Source of the DNA: an uncultured Desulfospira sp.
GTDB taxonomy: Bacteria > Desulfobacterota > Desulfobacteria > Desulfobacterales > Desulfobacteraceae
Length of the DNA: 64,000 bases
Assembly (NCBI GenBank): GCA_963663165.1
Contig: OY760175.1
Coordinates: forward strand, 1,728,001 to 1,792,000
Reading direction: 5' to 3'
Of this stretch, positions 21,334-30,148 are shown piece after piece. Position numbers and translations under genes: made by a program. Numbering within the stretch: position 1 is the stretch's first letter; each line of letters starts with the position of its first letter. The notes under the pieces are model-generated. The model had not been told where the DNA came from, ran no database searches, and saw nothing but the letters and a program-made list of their open reading frames with translations.

Positions 21334-21514
21334 CTCTGTGAAGTTTGGCGCAACCAAACCTTAAGTGTCCTCTGTGGTTTAAAAACATGAAATCCCAAAG
21401 GGATTGAAAGGTTTTTCTTGAAATTCCTGGTTTGTGAAATCAGCGGGCTTCGCCCGCATTTTCTATTCAACCACAGAGAGAATAGAGGTTTGGCTTGCGC
21501 CAAACTACACAGAG
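21334..21514. repeat. Intergenic imperfect inverted repeat (about 45-bp arms) with internal hairpin
   Basis: CTCTGTGAAGTTTGGCGCAACCAAACCT...CTCTGTGGTT vs AACCACAGAG...AGGTTTGGCTTGCGCCAAACTACACAGAG; GCGGGCTTCGCCCGC at 21443-21457. Confidence 0.7.
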
Positions 21515-21570
21515 GAAACCTACAAATAACATACTCGATGCTTAAGTTAATGACATTGTATCCCAAACAC

Positions 21571-22734
21571 CTAATTTGTCTCCCAGAAAGGCGACATCTG
21601 CCTTAACCGTTCAATAATGGGCACCATGGCCTCAACAATGTCATCCATTTCCTGGCGGGTATTGTAATGGGACAGGGAAAACCGGATGGTCCCGTGAAGG
21701 GATTTCTGGGGGACCTTCATGGCCATGAGCACATGGGAGGGATCAAGAGAGCCCGAGGTGCAGGCCGATCCGGAAGAGGCGCAGATGCCTTTCTGATCCA
21801 GGAGCATGAGAATGGACTCCCCCTCTACGGCGTCAAAGCCGATGGACAGGGTATTGGGCAGCCGGTGGTCCATATCCCCGTTCACGGAACAGGCAGGAAT
21901 GGTGTCAAGCAGCCGGTTCTGGAGACAATCCCTTAACTCCTTAACCCGGGTGTTCATTTCATCTAAATTCTCTTTGGCCAGTTGGGCGGCCTTGCCAAGG
22001 CCGATAATGGAAACCGTGTTTTCCGTTCCGCCCCGCCGGCCCTTTTCCTGGTGGCCGCCAATAAGAAATGGCGTGAACTTGAGGCCGTTTTTGATATACA
22101 GCACACCAATGCCCTTGGGGGCATGAATTTTATGCCCGGACAAGGAGAGCATGTCCACACCGGTTTTCTTCACGTCAATGGGCACCTTGCCCGTGGCCTG
22201 GACCGCGTCGGTATGAAATAAAATCCCTTTTTGAGCCGCTTCTTTAGCAATCTCGTCAATGGGGAAAATCACGCCTGTTTCGTTGTTGGCCCACATGACG
22301 GATACGATGGCGGTATTCTCAGACATGCTTGAATAGAGCAGGTCCAGGTCCAGCCGCCCCCTGCTGTCCACGGGCACCAGGGTAATCTCATACCCCCGGT
22401 TTCTTTTTAGGTGTTTACACAGGTTAAGAATGGCCGGATGCTCAACCGCTGTGGTAATGATATGCTTTTTTTCGGGGAAAGCGGCAAGGGCCGTGTTAAT
22501 GGCCGCATTATCACTCTCCGTGCCGCAGCTGGTAAACACGATCTCATCCGGGTCCGCATTGATCAGGCCGGCCACATGTTCTCTGGCCTGTTTAACCTTT
22601 TGGGCCACCTGGTCCCCGAAGGTATACATGGAAGACGGGTTCCCGTACATCTCGCCGAAATAAGGAAGCATTGTCTCAATGACCTCATCAGCGACTTTGG
22701 TGGTGGCGTTGTTATCCGTGTAAATAATAGTCAT
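21571..22734 (-). CDS. nifS: Cysteine desulfurase NifS
   Basis: DNNATT, GNPSS, FTSCGTESDN, SGHKIHAPKG (PLP Lys), SSGSACTSGSLDPSHVL. Confidence 0.95.
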   Translation of the reverse strand: MTIIYTDNNATTKVADEVIETMLPYFGEMYGNPSSMYTFGDQVAQKVKQAREHVAGLINADPDEIVFTSCGTESDNAAINTALAAFPEKKHIITTAVEHPAILNLCKHLKRNRGYEITLVPVDSRGRLDLDLLYSSMSENTAIVSVMWANNETGVIFPIDEIAKEAAQKGILFHTDAVQATGKVPIDVKKTGVDMLSLSGHKIHAPKGIGVLYIKNGLKFTPFLIGGHQEKGRRGGTENTVSIIGLGKAAQLAKENLDEMNTRVKELRDCLQNRLLDTIPACSVNGDMDHRLPNTLSIGFDAVEGESILMLLDQKGICASSGSACTSGSLDPSHVLMAMKVPQKSLHGTIRFSLSHYNTRQEMDDIVEAMVPIIERLRQMSPFWETN

Positions 22735-22750
22735 GGGTCACCTTCTCGGG

Positions 22751-23323
22751 TTATGCCAGGCCTTGAGCAGCCCGGGTGGATTCAATGATCTGTTCGATCC
22801 GGTCAATGCATTTGCCGCAGCCGCCGCCAGCCTTAAGATAGTTGGTGACATCTTCGGTGGTCTTAAGGTCGTTGTTTTTGACGGCATCCTTAATTTCAAG
22901 ATCGGTCACATCAAAACATTCACAGACCAGGTCTCCTGGTTTCTCAAGGATCTGAACGCCCCGGTAATTGGCAATGGCCTTTTTCAAGGCGGCATGGCCC
23001 ATGACCGAGCAGTGCATTTTGGCTTTGGGAAGCCCCCCTAAATAATCGGCAATATCGTCGTTGGTCACCTTGATAGCCTCATCCAGGGTCATGCCCTTGA
23101 TGATTTCCGTCAGGGCCGATGAGGACGCCACGGCACTGGCGCAGCCAAATGTCATGAAAGAGGCATTGATGATTCTTTCATTTTCATTCACCTTTAAATA
23201 TAAGGTCAGGGCATCCCCGCAATTGAGGGACCCGGTCTCTCCCACCGCATTTGCATCTCTCATGACCCCTACGTTCCTGGGGTTCAAAAAATGGTCTTTG
23301 ACCTGATCAGAGTAATTCCACAT
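22751..23323 (-). CDS. nifU: Fe-S scaffold NifU (N-terminal scaffold plus BFD-like [2Fe-2S] domain; no C-terminal Nfu domain)
   Basis: HFLNPRNVG, CGDAL, FGCASA, KMHCSVM, then VCECF...GGGCGKC; ends at 190 aa. Confidence 0.88.
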   Translation of the reverse strand: MWNYSDQVKDHFLNPRNVGVMRDANAVGETGSLNCGDALTLYLKVNENERIINASFMTFGCASAVASSSALTEIIKGMTLDEAIKVTNDDIADYLGGLPKAKMHCSVMGHAALKKAIANYRGVQILEKPGDLVCECFDVTDLEIKDAVKNNDLKTTEDVTNYLKAGGGCGKCIDRIEQIIESTRAAQGLA

Positions 23324-23614
23324 GACAGCCTCCCTTATTGATCTGTTTTACGGCCTGCCCCGGGAATCGTGTAACAGGCCTGATGATTTTGCCATGATTT
23401 AAAATACTACATGGTGGTAGATTGTCAAATAGAAACAATGGAGACCGGAAGAAGGGAAACCGCCAGACCGGAAACGGGAGACCGGATGTTACGGACCCTT
23501 TAGGCTGTCTTTTTTTCCATGGTGTAAAAAAACCCGACAAAATGCGGTGCCATTCCCTGCATTGTTTTCCATTCATTTCATTGAATTACAAGCAGTTAAA
23601 CAAAATCCCCCCCA

Positions 23615-23631
23615 TTGGTATGGTCATTGCT
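23615..23631 (+). promoter_or_regulatory. Putative sigma54 (-24/-12) promoter of the aspA-hydF-...-nif-like operon
   Basis: TTGGTATGGTCATTGCT has GG-N10-GC spacing; IHF-like TTACAAGCAGTTA lies just upstream (about 23586-23598). Confidence 0.65.
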
Positions 23632-23945
23632 CATACAGGTTTTATCAGCCGTCCGGTACAAGGATATCCCGGCCGGGCCAAGATGAACCGGCAGATTGGA
23701 CGTTTGGGGCATTAAACTTTTAAATTAGGTTGACAAGAGGCAATGACTTATCATATGACCACCGTAACGGAAAACAGCCACGAAGGCTTAAAGGTTATCC
23801 CCAGGGATAGGTTTAGGCTTTTGTGGCTGTTTTTTTTTGCGCCGTTGCCCACCCCTTGCAAAAGGGTGCCAAAAAAAGGGAAGGGCCATGGCCCGGTCTG
23901 CCCGTTTGAACTTGATGAAGCACTGTTTTTTACAGGATATCAACC

Positions 23946-25382
23946 ATGAGCAGCAACCAGACATTAATGCGCCGGGAGCGTGACACCTTAGGAGAACTCG
24001 ATGTTCCGGCCACGGCCCTTTACGGCATCCATACCATGCGGGCCATCCACAATTTCCCCTTTTCAACGGCCCGCCTTCCCGAACCGTTCATAAAGGCCAT
24101 GGGACAGGTAAAACAGGCCTGTGCCCTGACGAACCAGACCCTTGGCTATCTTGATCCAAATCCGGGCGAGGCCGTTATCACCGCCTGCAAAGAGCTTGAA
24201 AAAGGCGATCTGTCAGACCACATTCTGGTGGACCCCTTCCAGGGCGGGGCCGGCACCTCCACCAACATGAACGTTAACGAGGTCATTGCCAACCGGGCCG
24301 AACAACTCCTGGGCGGGAATCTAGGCGAATACCGGATGGTTCACCCCATTCATCACGTCAATATGCACCAGTCCACCAATGATGTGTATCCCACGGCTCT
24401 GAAGGTAGCAGCGCTTAAGCTGCTGGTGACCCTGGAAAACGAGATAGAAAAGCTGCAACAGGCCCTCCAGGAAAAGGAGGGGGAATTTCGCAGCATTGTA
24501 AAGGTGGCCAGAACCGAGCTTGTGGACGCCGTTCCCATGACCCTGGGCATGACCTTTGGGGCCTTTGCCGATGCCGCGGCCCGTGACCGCTGGCGTATTT
24601 TCAAGAGCCGGGAACGGATCAAACGGGTCAATCTTGGGGGAACCGCCATTGGTACGGGGCTGGGCGCGCCCAGGGACTATGTGCTGAAGGTGACTGAAAC
24701 CCTGCGGAATATCACCGCTTTACCGGTATCCCGTGCTGAAAATCTCATCGACGCCACCCAGAATATGGACCCTTTGGTAGAAGTTTCGGGCATGCTCAAG
24801 GCCTATGCGGCCAATCTGCTCAAACTGTCCTCGGATTTAAGGCTGCTGTCCAGCGGGCCTGAAACCGGCATCGGGGAGATCATTCTTGACCCCTTGCAGG
24901 CGGGATCTTCCATTATGGCCGGCAAGATCAATCCGGTCATGCCCGAAGCCGTGACCCAGGTGGCGATCAAGGTGATGGGCAACGACCAGACCATCGCCTT
25001 TGCCGCCGGCATGGGCCAGCTTGAACTCAATCACCTCCTGCCGCTGTTAACCCACACTTTTTTAGAATCACTGATGCTGCTGATCAGCGCCACAAAAGGG
25101 CTTTCCACACACTGTATCCCTAAAATCCAAGCCAACCCAAAACAATGTCTGGCCCATTTAGAACGAAGCCATGCGCTGGCCACGGTCCTGGTCCCGGCAC
25201 TGGGATATGCCCGGGTGGAGGAGATCGTCAACGCCGCAAGGGCATCGGGCAGATCCATAAAAGAGGAGATCATCCATCAGCATCTGGCATCACGGGAAAT
25301 TGTCGATACGCTGCTGTCGCCCAAACGGCTGTGTAAACTCGGGTTTACGCCAAATGAATTTGACGGGGTGAACCGGCCATGA
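23946..25382 (+). CDS. aspA: Aspartate ammonia-lyase family protein (hydrogenase-maturation-cluster type)
   Basis: QGGAGTSTNMNVNEVIAN, QSTNDVYPT, GSSIMAGKINPV. Confidence 0.9.
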   Translation: MSSNQTLMRRERDTLGELDVPATALYGIHTMRAIHNFPFSTARLPEPFIKAMGQVKQACALTNQTLGYLDPNPGEAVITACKELEKGDLSDHILVDPFQGGAGTSTNMNVNEVIANRAEQLLGGNLGEYRMVHPIHHVNMHQSTNDVYPTALKVAALKLLVTLENEIEKLQQALQEKEGEFRSIVKVARTELVDAVPMTLGMTFGAFADAAARDRWRIFKSRERIKRVNLGGTAIGTGLGAPRDYVLKVTETLRNITALPVSRAENLIDATQNMDPLVEVSGMLKAYAANLLKLSSDLRLLSSGPETGIGEIILDPLQAGSSIMAGKINPVMPEAVTQVAIKVMGNDQTIAFAAGMGQLELNHLLPLLTHTFLESLMLLISATKGLSTHCIPKIQANPKQCLAHLERSHALATVLVPALGYARVEEIVNAARASGRSIKEEIIHQHLASREIVDTLLSPKRLCKLGFTPNEFDGVNRP

Positions 25383-25430
25383 CCCCTGTGGCAGGACTTA
25401 TAAAAACACCGGCTGAAAGGAGAAATGCTT

Positions 25431-26636
25431 ATGTCCAGTAAGGCCCCCCGGGGTGTACGCCTTGTTATTGCACTGGTGGGCCGGCGCAATGCCGGAAAAT
25501 CATCCCTTGTCAACGCCATTGCCGGGCAGGAGATTGCCATCGTTTCCGATCACCCGGGCACGACCACGGACCCGGTGGCCAAGCCCTACGAACTGCTGCC
25601 CTTAGGGCCTGTCACCTTTTATGATACGGCAGGCCTGGATGACGAAGGGGAACTTGGAGACCTGCGGGTCAGGGCCACCCGGAAAATCCTCTGGCGGTCG
25701 GATGTGGCCGTGGTGGTCATTTCAGAGCAAGGCATCACCCATTATGAAAAAAAGATCGTTGATGAAATCCGTGATCTGGACATTCCCTTCCTCATGGTCT
25801 TTAACAAGAGCGATCTGGCCAGGCCTTCAGACCCGGATCTTGCCTTTTGCAGGGAAAACAGCCTGCCTTATCTGATCATCAGTGCAAAAGACAATGTGAA
25901 TATTACGGCAGTAAAAGAGGCAATTATCGACATTGCCCCGCCGGAAATAAAGCGGGAGCCTTTGCTGGCCGGCGACCTCATCAATGAGGGCGACTGGGTG
26001 GTCTGTGTGGTTCCCATTGATCTGGCAGCCCCCAAAGGCAGGCTCATCCTGCCCCAGGTTCAGGTTCTTCGTGAAATCCTGGACTGTGATGCCTTGGGGC
26101 TCATGGTCAAGGAAAAAGAAATTGATGCGGCCCTTTCCGGCCTGCATCGAAAACCGGCCCTGGTGATTGCCGATTCCCAGGTGGTGATGAGCGTGGCCGG
26201 GGACGTGCCCGAAGATATCCCCTTAACCACTTTTTCCATTCTGTTTGCCCGGTACAAGGGGGACATCACAAAGCTTACGGCCGGTGCGGCCGCCATAGAC
26301 GATCTTAAGGACGGGGACCGGGTCCTTATTGCCGAGGCCTGTTCCCACCATCCAGTGGCCGACGACATCGGCCGGGTCAAGATTCCCCGCTGGATCACCC
26401 AGTACACGGGCAGGGATTTGAACTTTGATGTCTATTCCGGCCACGATTTTCCTGAACATCTGGAAAAGTACCGGCTGGCCGTTCATTGCGGGGGATGCAT
26501 GATCAACCGCGTTGAAATGCTGCGCAGAATCAAGGAGTGCCGCCGCCGAGGGGTGGCCATTACCAACTTTGGCCTGGCCATCTCAAAGGTCCAGGGGGTG
26601 CTGGACAGGGTCATAAAGCCCTTTGGAGGGATATAA
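25431..26636 (+). CDS. hydF: [FeFe]-hydrogenase maturation GTPase HydF
   Basis: GRRNAGKSS, GTTTDPV, DTAG, NKSD, APKGRLILPQ, CSHH...HCGGC cluster motif. Confidence 0.95.
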   Translation: MSSKAPRGVRLVIALVGRRNAGKSSLVNAIAGQEIAIVSDHPGTTTDPVAKPYELLPLGPVTFYDTAGLDDEGELGDLRVRATRKILWRSDVAVVVISEQGITHYEKKIVDEIRDLDIPFLMVFNKSDLARPSDPDLAFCRENSLPYLIISAKDNVNITAVKEAIIDIAPPEIKREPLLAGDLINEGDWVVCVVPIDLAAPKGRLILPQVQVLREILDCDALGLMVKEKEIDAALSGLHRKPALVIADSQVVMSVAGDVPEDIPLTTFSILFARYKGDITKLTAGAAAIDDLKDGDRVLIAEACSHHPVADDIGRVKIPRWITQYTGRDLNFDVYSGHDFPEHLEKYRLAVHCGGCMINRVEMLRRIKECRRRGVAITNFGLAISKVQGVLDRVIKPFGGI

Positions 26637-28309
26637 TGCACCTTCAGGAAAACGGCATTACCTTCGCAGCCCCCCCCTTGAACCGGCTGCCGTCGGTTCA
26701 CAGGAAAATTTTCTGTCCGGGAAACACCTTGATTGTCTGCGTGCAGCTGGCAGACGGGCGGGTGGAAGATGCCTGGAGTACCGGCCGGATGATGCGCAGC
26801 ATGAACCTTTTGCTGCAGGTTATTTCAGATGACCCCGGCCGGCCCTGTTTTGTCCGGCGCGCCCATTGCCTGTGCAACGACGGACATGCCCTGGCTGCGG
26901 TTCGCGCATTAGAGGACCTGGCCGGGATAGCGCCGCCCCGCAGCGCGCTTCTGGTGCGCAGCCTGGTTCAGGCCCTTCGATGTATCCAGGAGCACCTGCT
27001 TCACTTTTATCAATTTCACCTGTCCAACTGGGTCTGTTTAGGGCCGGCCCTGGGGGCTGATCCCGGTAAAACCGCCCGGCTGGCAGATCCATTGAACCGG
27101 GGACCTGATTATTTCAGGCAGGTCCAGGAGCGGTTGCGGCCCCTGGCTGAAAATAAAGGGATCAATGGATTTAATGACCGTTTCTGTGATCATCCGGATT
27201 ACCGTGGAGCCGACGAATTCCATCTGCTGGTTCACAGCCACAGCCTGGAATCCCTTCAAATACAAAGTCTTCTGAACAAGGCCCTGGGGCTGCTTGGCTG
27301 TAAAAACGGCCGGCATCCGGCCTATCAGACAGGCGGGCTGTCCCCGGACATGAACCTTGGACAGGCCGTGCTGCAGCAGCTGCACGGCCTGGTTCGCCAC
27401 TGCCGGGATTTTATTAACACCTCTTTTCTTACCGATCTTGAACAGATGGCCAGGGCCTACCCCCATTGGAAGGACCTGGCCATTGGCAGCACGTTTCTTT
27501 GCCTGGGCGATTTTGCCCGACCCCATGACAGGGGCCTGCTGTTTCCCAACGGCATTACCCGGACGGCAGGCAAAAATCAAATCGTTGATCCGGCCCGGCC
27601 CGATCGGGTCACGGAAGAACACACCCCTAAATGGAAGGACCTGGACACAGAACGGTACCGGCTCAACTTCGGCAGACACGGCCCGGTATTTTTCTGGAAC
27701 AAAGGAAATTTGCCTTGGATTTTTGCTCCCCGCCACGGCAAAGATGCCTGTGAGGCGGGATCCCTTGCCCGGGTGATGGGGGCCTTTACCCAGGGCCGGC
27801 AGGAAGTGTGTAAAGCCGTAAATAACAGCCTGAAGGCCTCCGGCCTTTTGCCGGGGGATATGAACTGTGCACTGGGGAGGCTGTTGTCCCGGGGCATTGA
27901 ATCTTCGGTTCTTTCAAAGGCCGCTTTGGACTGGCTGGATGAACTCAAGACTGAACCGGTCGGCAAACGGGCATTGATGAACCAGAACTTTCGTCTGCCC
28001 CGTACCGGTGTGGGAACCGGAAAGGTGGAAGTGCCAAGGGGATCTTTGATCCATACCATCCAAATGGACAAACACAGAATCATCCGCCATGACTGCCTTA
28101 TCCCGTCCATGTGGAATTTTTCCGTCCGGGATTCAAAGGGCCGGCGCGGCCCCCTGGAACAGGCGCTGCTGGGGACACCGGTGAGAAACCCTGATCATCC
28201 CCTGGAACTTTTACGCATTGTCCACGCCTTTGACCCCTGCAACCCCTGCCATGTGGTGGTCCAGGATGCGGACACCGGAAGGGTCACCCTGTCAGGCCCC
28301 GGGACGTGA
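26636..28309 (+). CDS. Degenerate [NiFe]-hydrogenase large-subunit homolog (557 aa)
   Basis: TAATG overlap with hydF; HLLHFYQFHLSNWV, EAGSLAR, EVPRGSLIH, IPSMWN, GPLEQALLGTP, RIVHAFDPCNPC; L1 motif altered to RAHCLCNDGH. Confidence 0.85.
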   Translation: MHLQENGITFAAPPLNRLPSVHRKIFCPGNTLIVCVQLADGRVEDAWSTGRMMRSMNLLLQVISDDPGRPCFVRRAHCLCNDGHALAAVRALEDLAGIAPPRSALLVRSLVQALRCIQEHLLHFYQFHLSNWVCLGPALGADPGKTARLADPLNRGPDYFRQVQERLRPLAENKGINGFNDRFCDHPDYRGADEFHLLVHSHSLESLQIQSLLNKALGLLGCKNGRHPAYQTGGLSPDMNLGQAVLQQLHGLVRHCRDFINTSFLTDLEQMARAYPHWKDLAIGSTFLCLGDFARPHDRGLLFPNGITRTAGKNQIVDPARPDRVTEEHTPKWKDLDTERYRLNFGRHGPVFFWNKGNLPWIFAPRHGKDACEAGSLARVMGAFTQGRQEVCKAVNNSLKASGLLPGDMNCALGRLLSRGIESSVLSKAALDWLDELKTEPVGKRALMNQNFRLPRTGVGTGKVEVPRGSLIHTIQMDKHRIIRHDCLIPSMWNFSVRDSKGRRGPLEQALLGTPVRNPDHPLELLRIVHAFDPCNPCHVVVQDADTGRVTLSGPGT

Positions 28310-28340
28310 CAAGAAACCGGAAAAAAAGATAAAAGAAGCT

Positions 28341-29351
28341 ATGAACCGGAACACCATATTAGATGCACTTAAAGACCAAACCGGACAAACCGGCCTGTTT
28401 GCGGCAGCCGATCGGGTGCGCAAAGAAAACCTTGGCGACACCGCCCAGCTGCGCGGCGTGGTCCATTTCTCAAATTACTGCCGGTGTAATGACCTTTATT
28501 GCGGCCTGCTTAAAAACAACACCCAATGCCGGCGGTTTCGCATGAGTGAGGATAAGATTGTCGACACGGCCCTGGCCATTGCCCGGGCCGGGTTAAAAAC
28601 CGTGGTGCTTCAGTCGGGTGAGGACCTTTACTACACCCGGCCCATGATCAGTTCTGTGATTGAACGAATCCTGGATAACGCCGATGTGGCCGTTACCTTA
28701 AGCTTGGGAATGCGGTCCAGAGACGACTTTAAGGCCTTTCGGGACGCCGGGGCCCAGCGGTATCTCATGAAGCACGAAACCATGAACCCCGTTCTCTATT
28801 CCAGGATGCGCCCGGGCCAGCAGCTTGCGGACCGGCTTAAAACCATCCATGAGTTGCGGGAACTCGGATACCAGGTGGGGGTGGGCAATATCGTGGGCCT
28901 GCCCGGCCAGACCCTTTCAGATCTGTGCGAGGACATCCTTTTTTTCCAGGATTTCCAGCCGGACATGATTAATATCGGCCCGTTTATTCCCCATGCCCAG
29001 ACCGTGCTTAAGGATGAACCGGCCGGGGACATGGACCTGATGCTGCGGGTGTTTGCCTTAACCCGGATGGTGACCGGCAACACCCATATTGCTGCGGCCA
29101 ATACCGTGGCCACCCTGGACCCGGAACAGGGGCAGTACCGGGCCTTGACTCAGGGCGGCGCCAATGTAATGATGCCCAATTGCAACCCGTTTCAAAAAAG
29201 CCAAAAGGATAAAATTGAATACGAGTTTCAGATAACCACCCATAAACGCTACGTTTCCGTTAACGAGGCCCGAAGCGTCCTTGCCCGGGCCAACCGGACC
29301 GTGGACAAGGGAAAGGGACACTCCCTTAAAATACGAGGAGAACAGGTTTGA
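28341..29351 (+). CDS. hydE: HydE-like radical SAM protein with non-canonical Cys motif
   Basis: LRGVVHFSNYCRCNDLYCGL, TVVLQSGED, TLSLG, RYLMKHET, VGLPGQT, GPFIPH, GANVMMPN. Confidence 0.8.
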   Translation: MNRNTILDALKDQTGQTGLFAAADRVRKENLGDTAQLRGVVHFSNYCRCNDLYCGLLKNNTQCRRFRMSEDKIVDTALAIARAGLKTVVLQSGEDLYYTRPMISSVIERILDNADVAVTLSLGMRSRDDFKAFRDAGAQRYLMKHETMNPVLYSRMRPGQQLADRLKTIHELRELGYQVGVGNIVGLPGQTLSDLCEDILFFQDFQPDMINIGPFIPHAQTVLKDEPAGDMDLMLRVFALTRMVTGNTHIAAANTVATLDPEQGQYRALTQGGANVMMPNCNPFQKSQKDKIEYEFQITTHKRYVSVNEARSVLARANRTVDKGKGHSLKIRGEQV

Positions 29352-30103
29352 TTAAGGTAGCCATATACGGTAAGGGGGGCATTGGCAAATCCACCGTGGC
29401 CTCATGCATATCCGCCGCTTTAGGGATACAGGGAACCCATGTCATGCAGATCGGCTGCGACCCCAAAACCGATTCCACCATCAATCTTCTGGGGGGAACC
29501 CCGCCGCCGCCCATCCTGCAGTATCTTCAGGAAAACGGGCGGCCCGACACCCTGGACGCCATTGCCAGACGGGGCTTCGGCAATACAATCTGCATGGAGG
29601 TAGGCGGCCCGACCCCGGGTGTGGGCTGTTTTGGCCGGGGCATGCTCACCGCTTTTGAGCTTTTGGACGACATGGGCGCCTATGATGTTTACCAGCCGGA
29701 CGTGGTGCTTTACGACATTCTGGCCGATGTGGTGTGCGGCGGCATTGCCGTGCCCATGCGCGAAGGATTTGCCGATAAGGTCTGTATTGTCACCTCAGGT
29801 GAAAAAATGGCCCTGCTGGCCGCCCAGAACATTATCCTGGCCCTGCGCAATTTTGCAGACCGCAACTATGCTGAACTCGGCGGGCTGATCCTCAACTGCC
29901 GGGATATGGAAAACGAAGCGGAACGGGTAAAGGCCTTTGCCCAGAAAATGGAAACCGCCATTTTAGGGGTGATTCCCCGGGACAGGGCCATCCACACATT
30001 TGAAGAAGAAGGCAAGACCATTGTTGAGGCAGACCGTACCCTGCCCACCTCGGCCCGGTTTTTTGAACTGGCCAAAACCATTGCCGGGTTTGGGGACCTT
30101 TAA
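29348..30103 (+). CDS. NifH-like reductase (nitrogenase-like, group IV type Fe protein)
   Basis: YGKGGIGKST, QIGCDPK, PGVGCFGRG and DVVCGG (both cluster Cys), VTSGE; TTGA overlap with hydE. Confidence 0.9.
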   Translation: MIKVAIYGKGGIGKSTVASCISAALGIQGTHVMQIGCDPKTDSTINLLGGTPPPPILQYLQENGRPDTLDAIARRGFGNTICMEVGGPTPGVGCFGRGMLTAFELLDDMGAYDVYQPDVVLYDILADVVCGGIAVPMREGFADKVCIVTSGEKMALLAAQNIILALRNFADRNYAELGGLILNCRDMENEAERVKAFAQKMETAILGVIPRDRAIHTFEEEGKTIVEADRTLPTSARFFELAKTIAGFGDL

Positions 30104-30148
30104 AACATTGCTCAAGGATTGAACAAACACGACCGTAAGGATATTTGT

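Noticed and set aside
23855..23873. Minus-strand sigma54-like site TTGGCACCCTTTTGCA facing nifU
   Set aside because: GG-to-GC spacing is 9 nt rather than the required 10.
23743..23949. 68-aa ORF overlapping the aspA start (ATGA)
   Set aside because: No recognisable motif and it runs through A/T tracts. It could be a leader peptide but is unsupported.
26636..28309. Functional canonical [NiFe] or [NiFeSe] hydrogenase
   Set aside because: The L1 motif is altered, the catalytic Glu motif is absent, there is no small subunit or maturation protease nearby, and there is no in-frame TGA at the Sec position.
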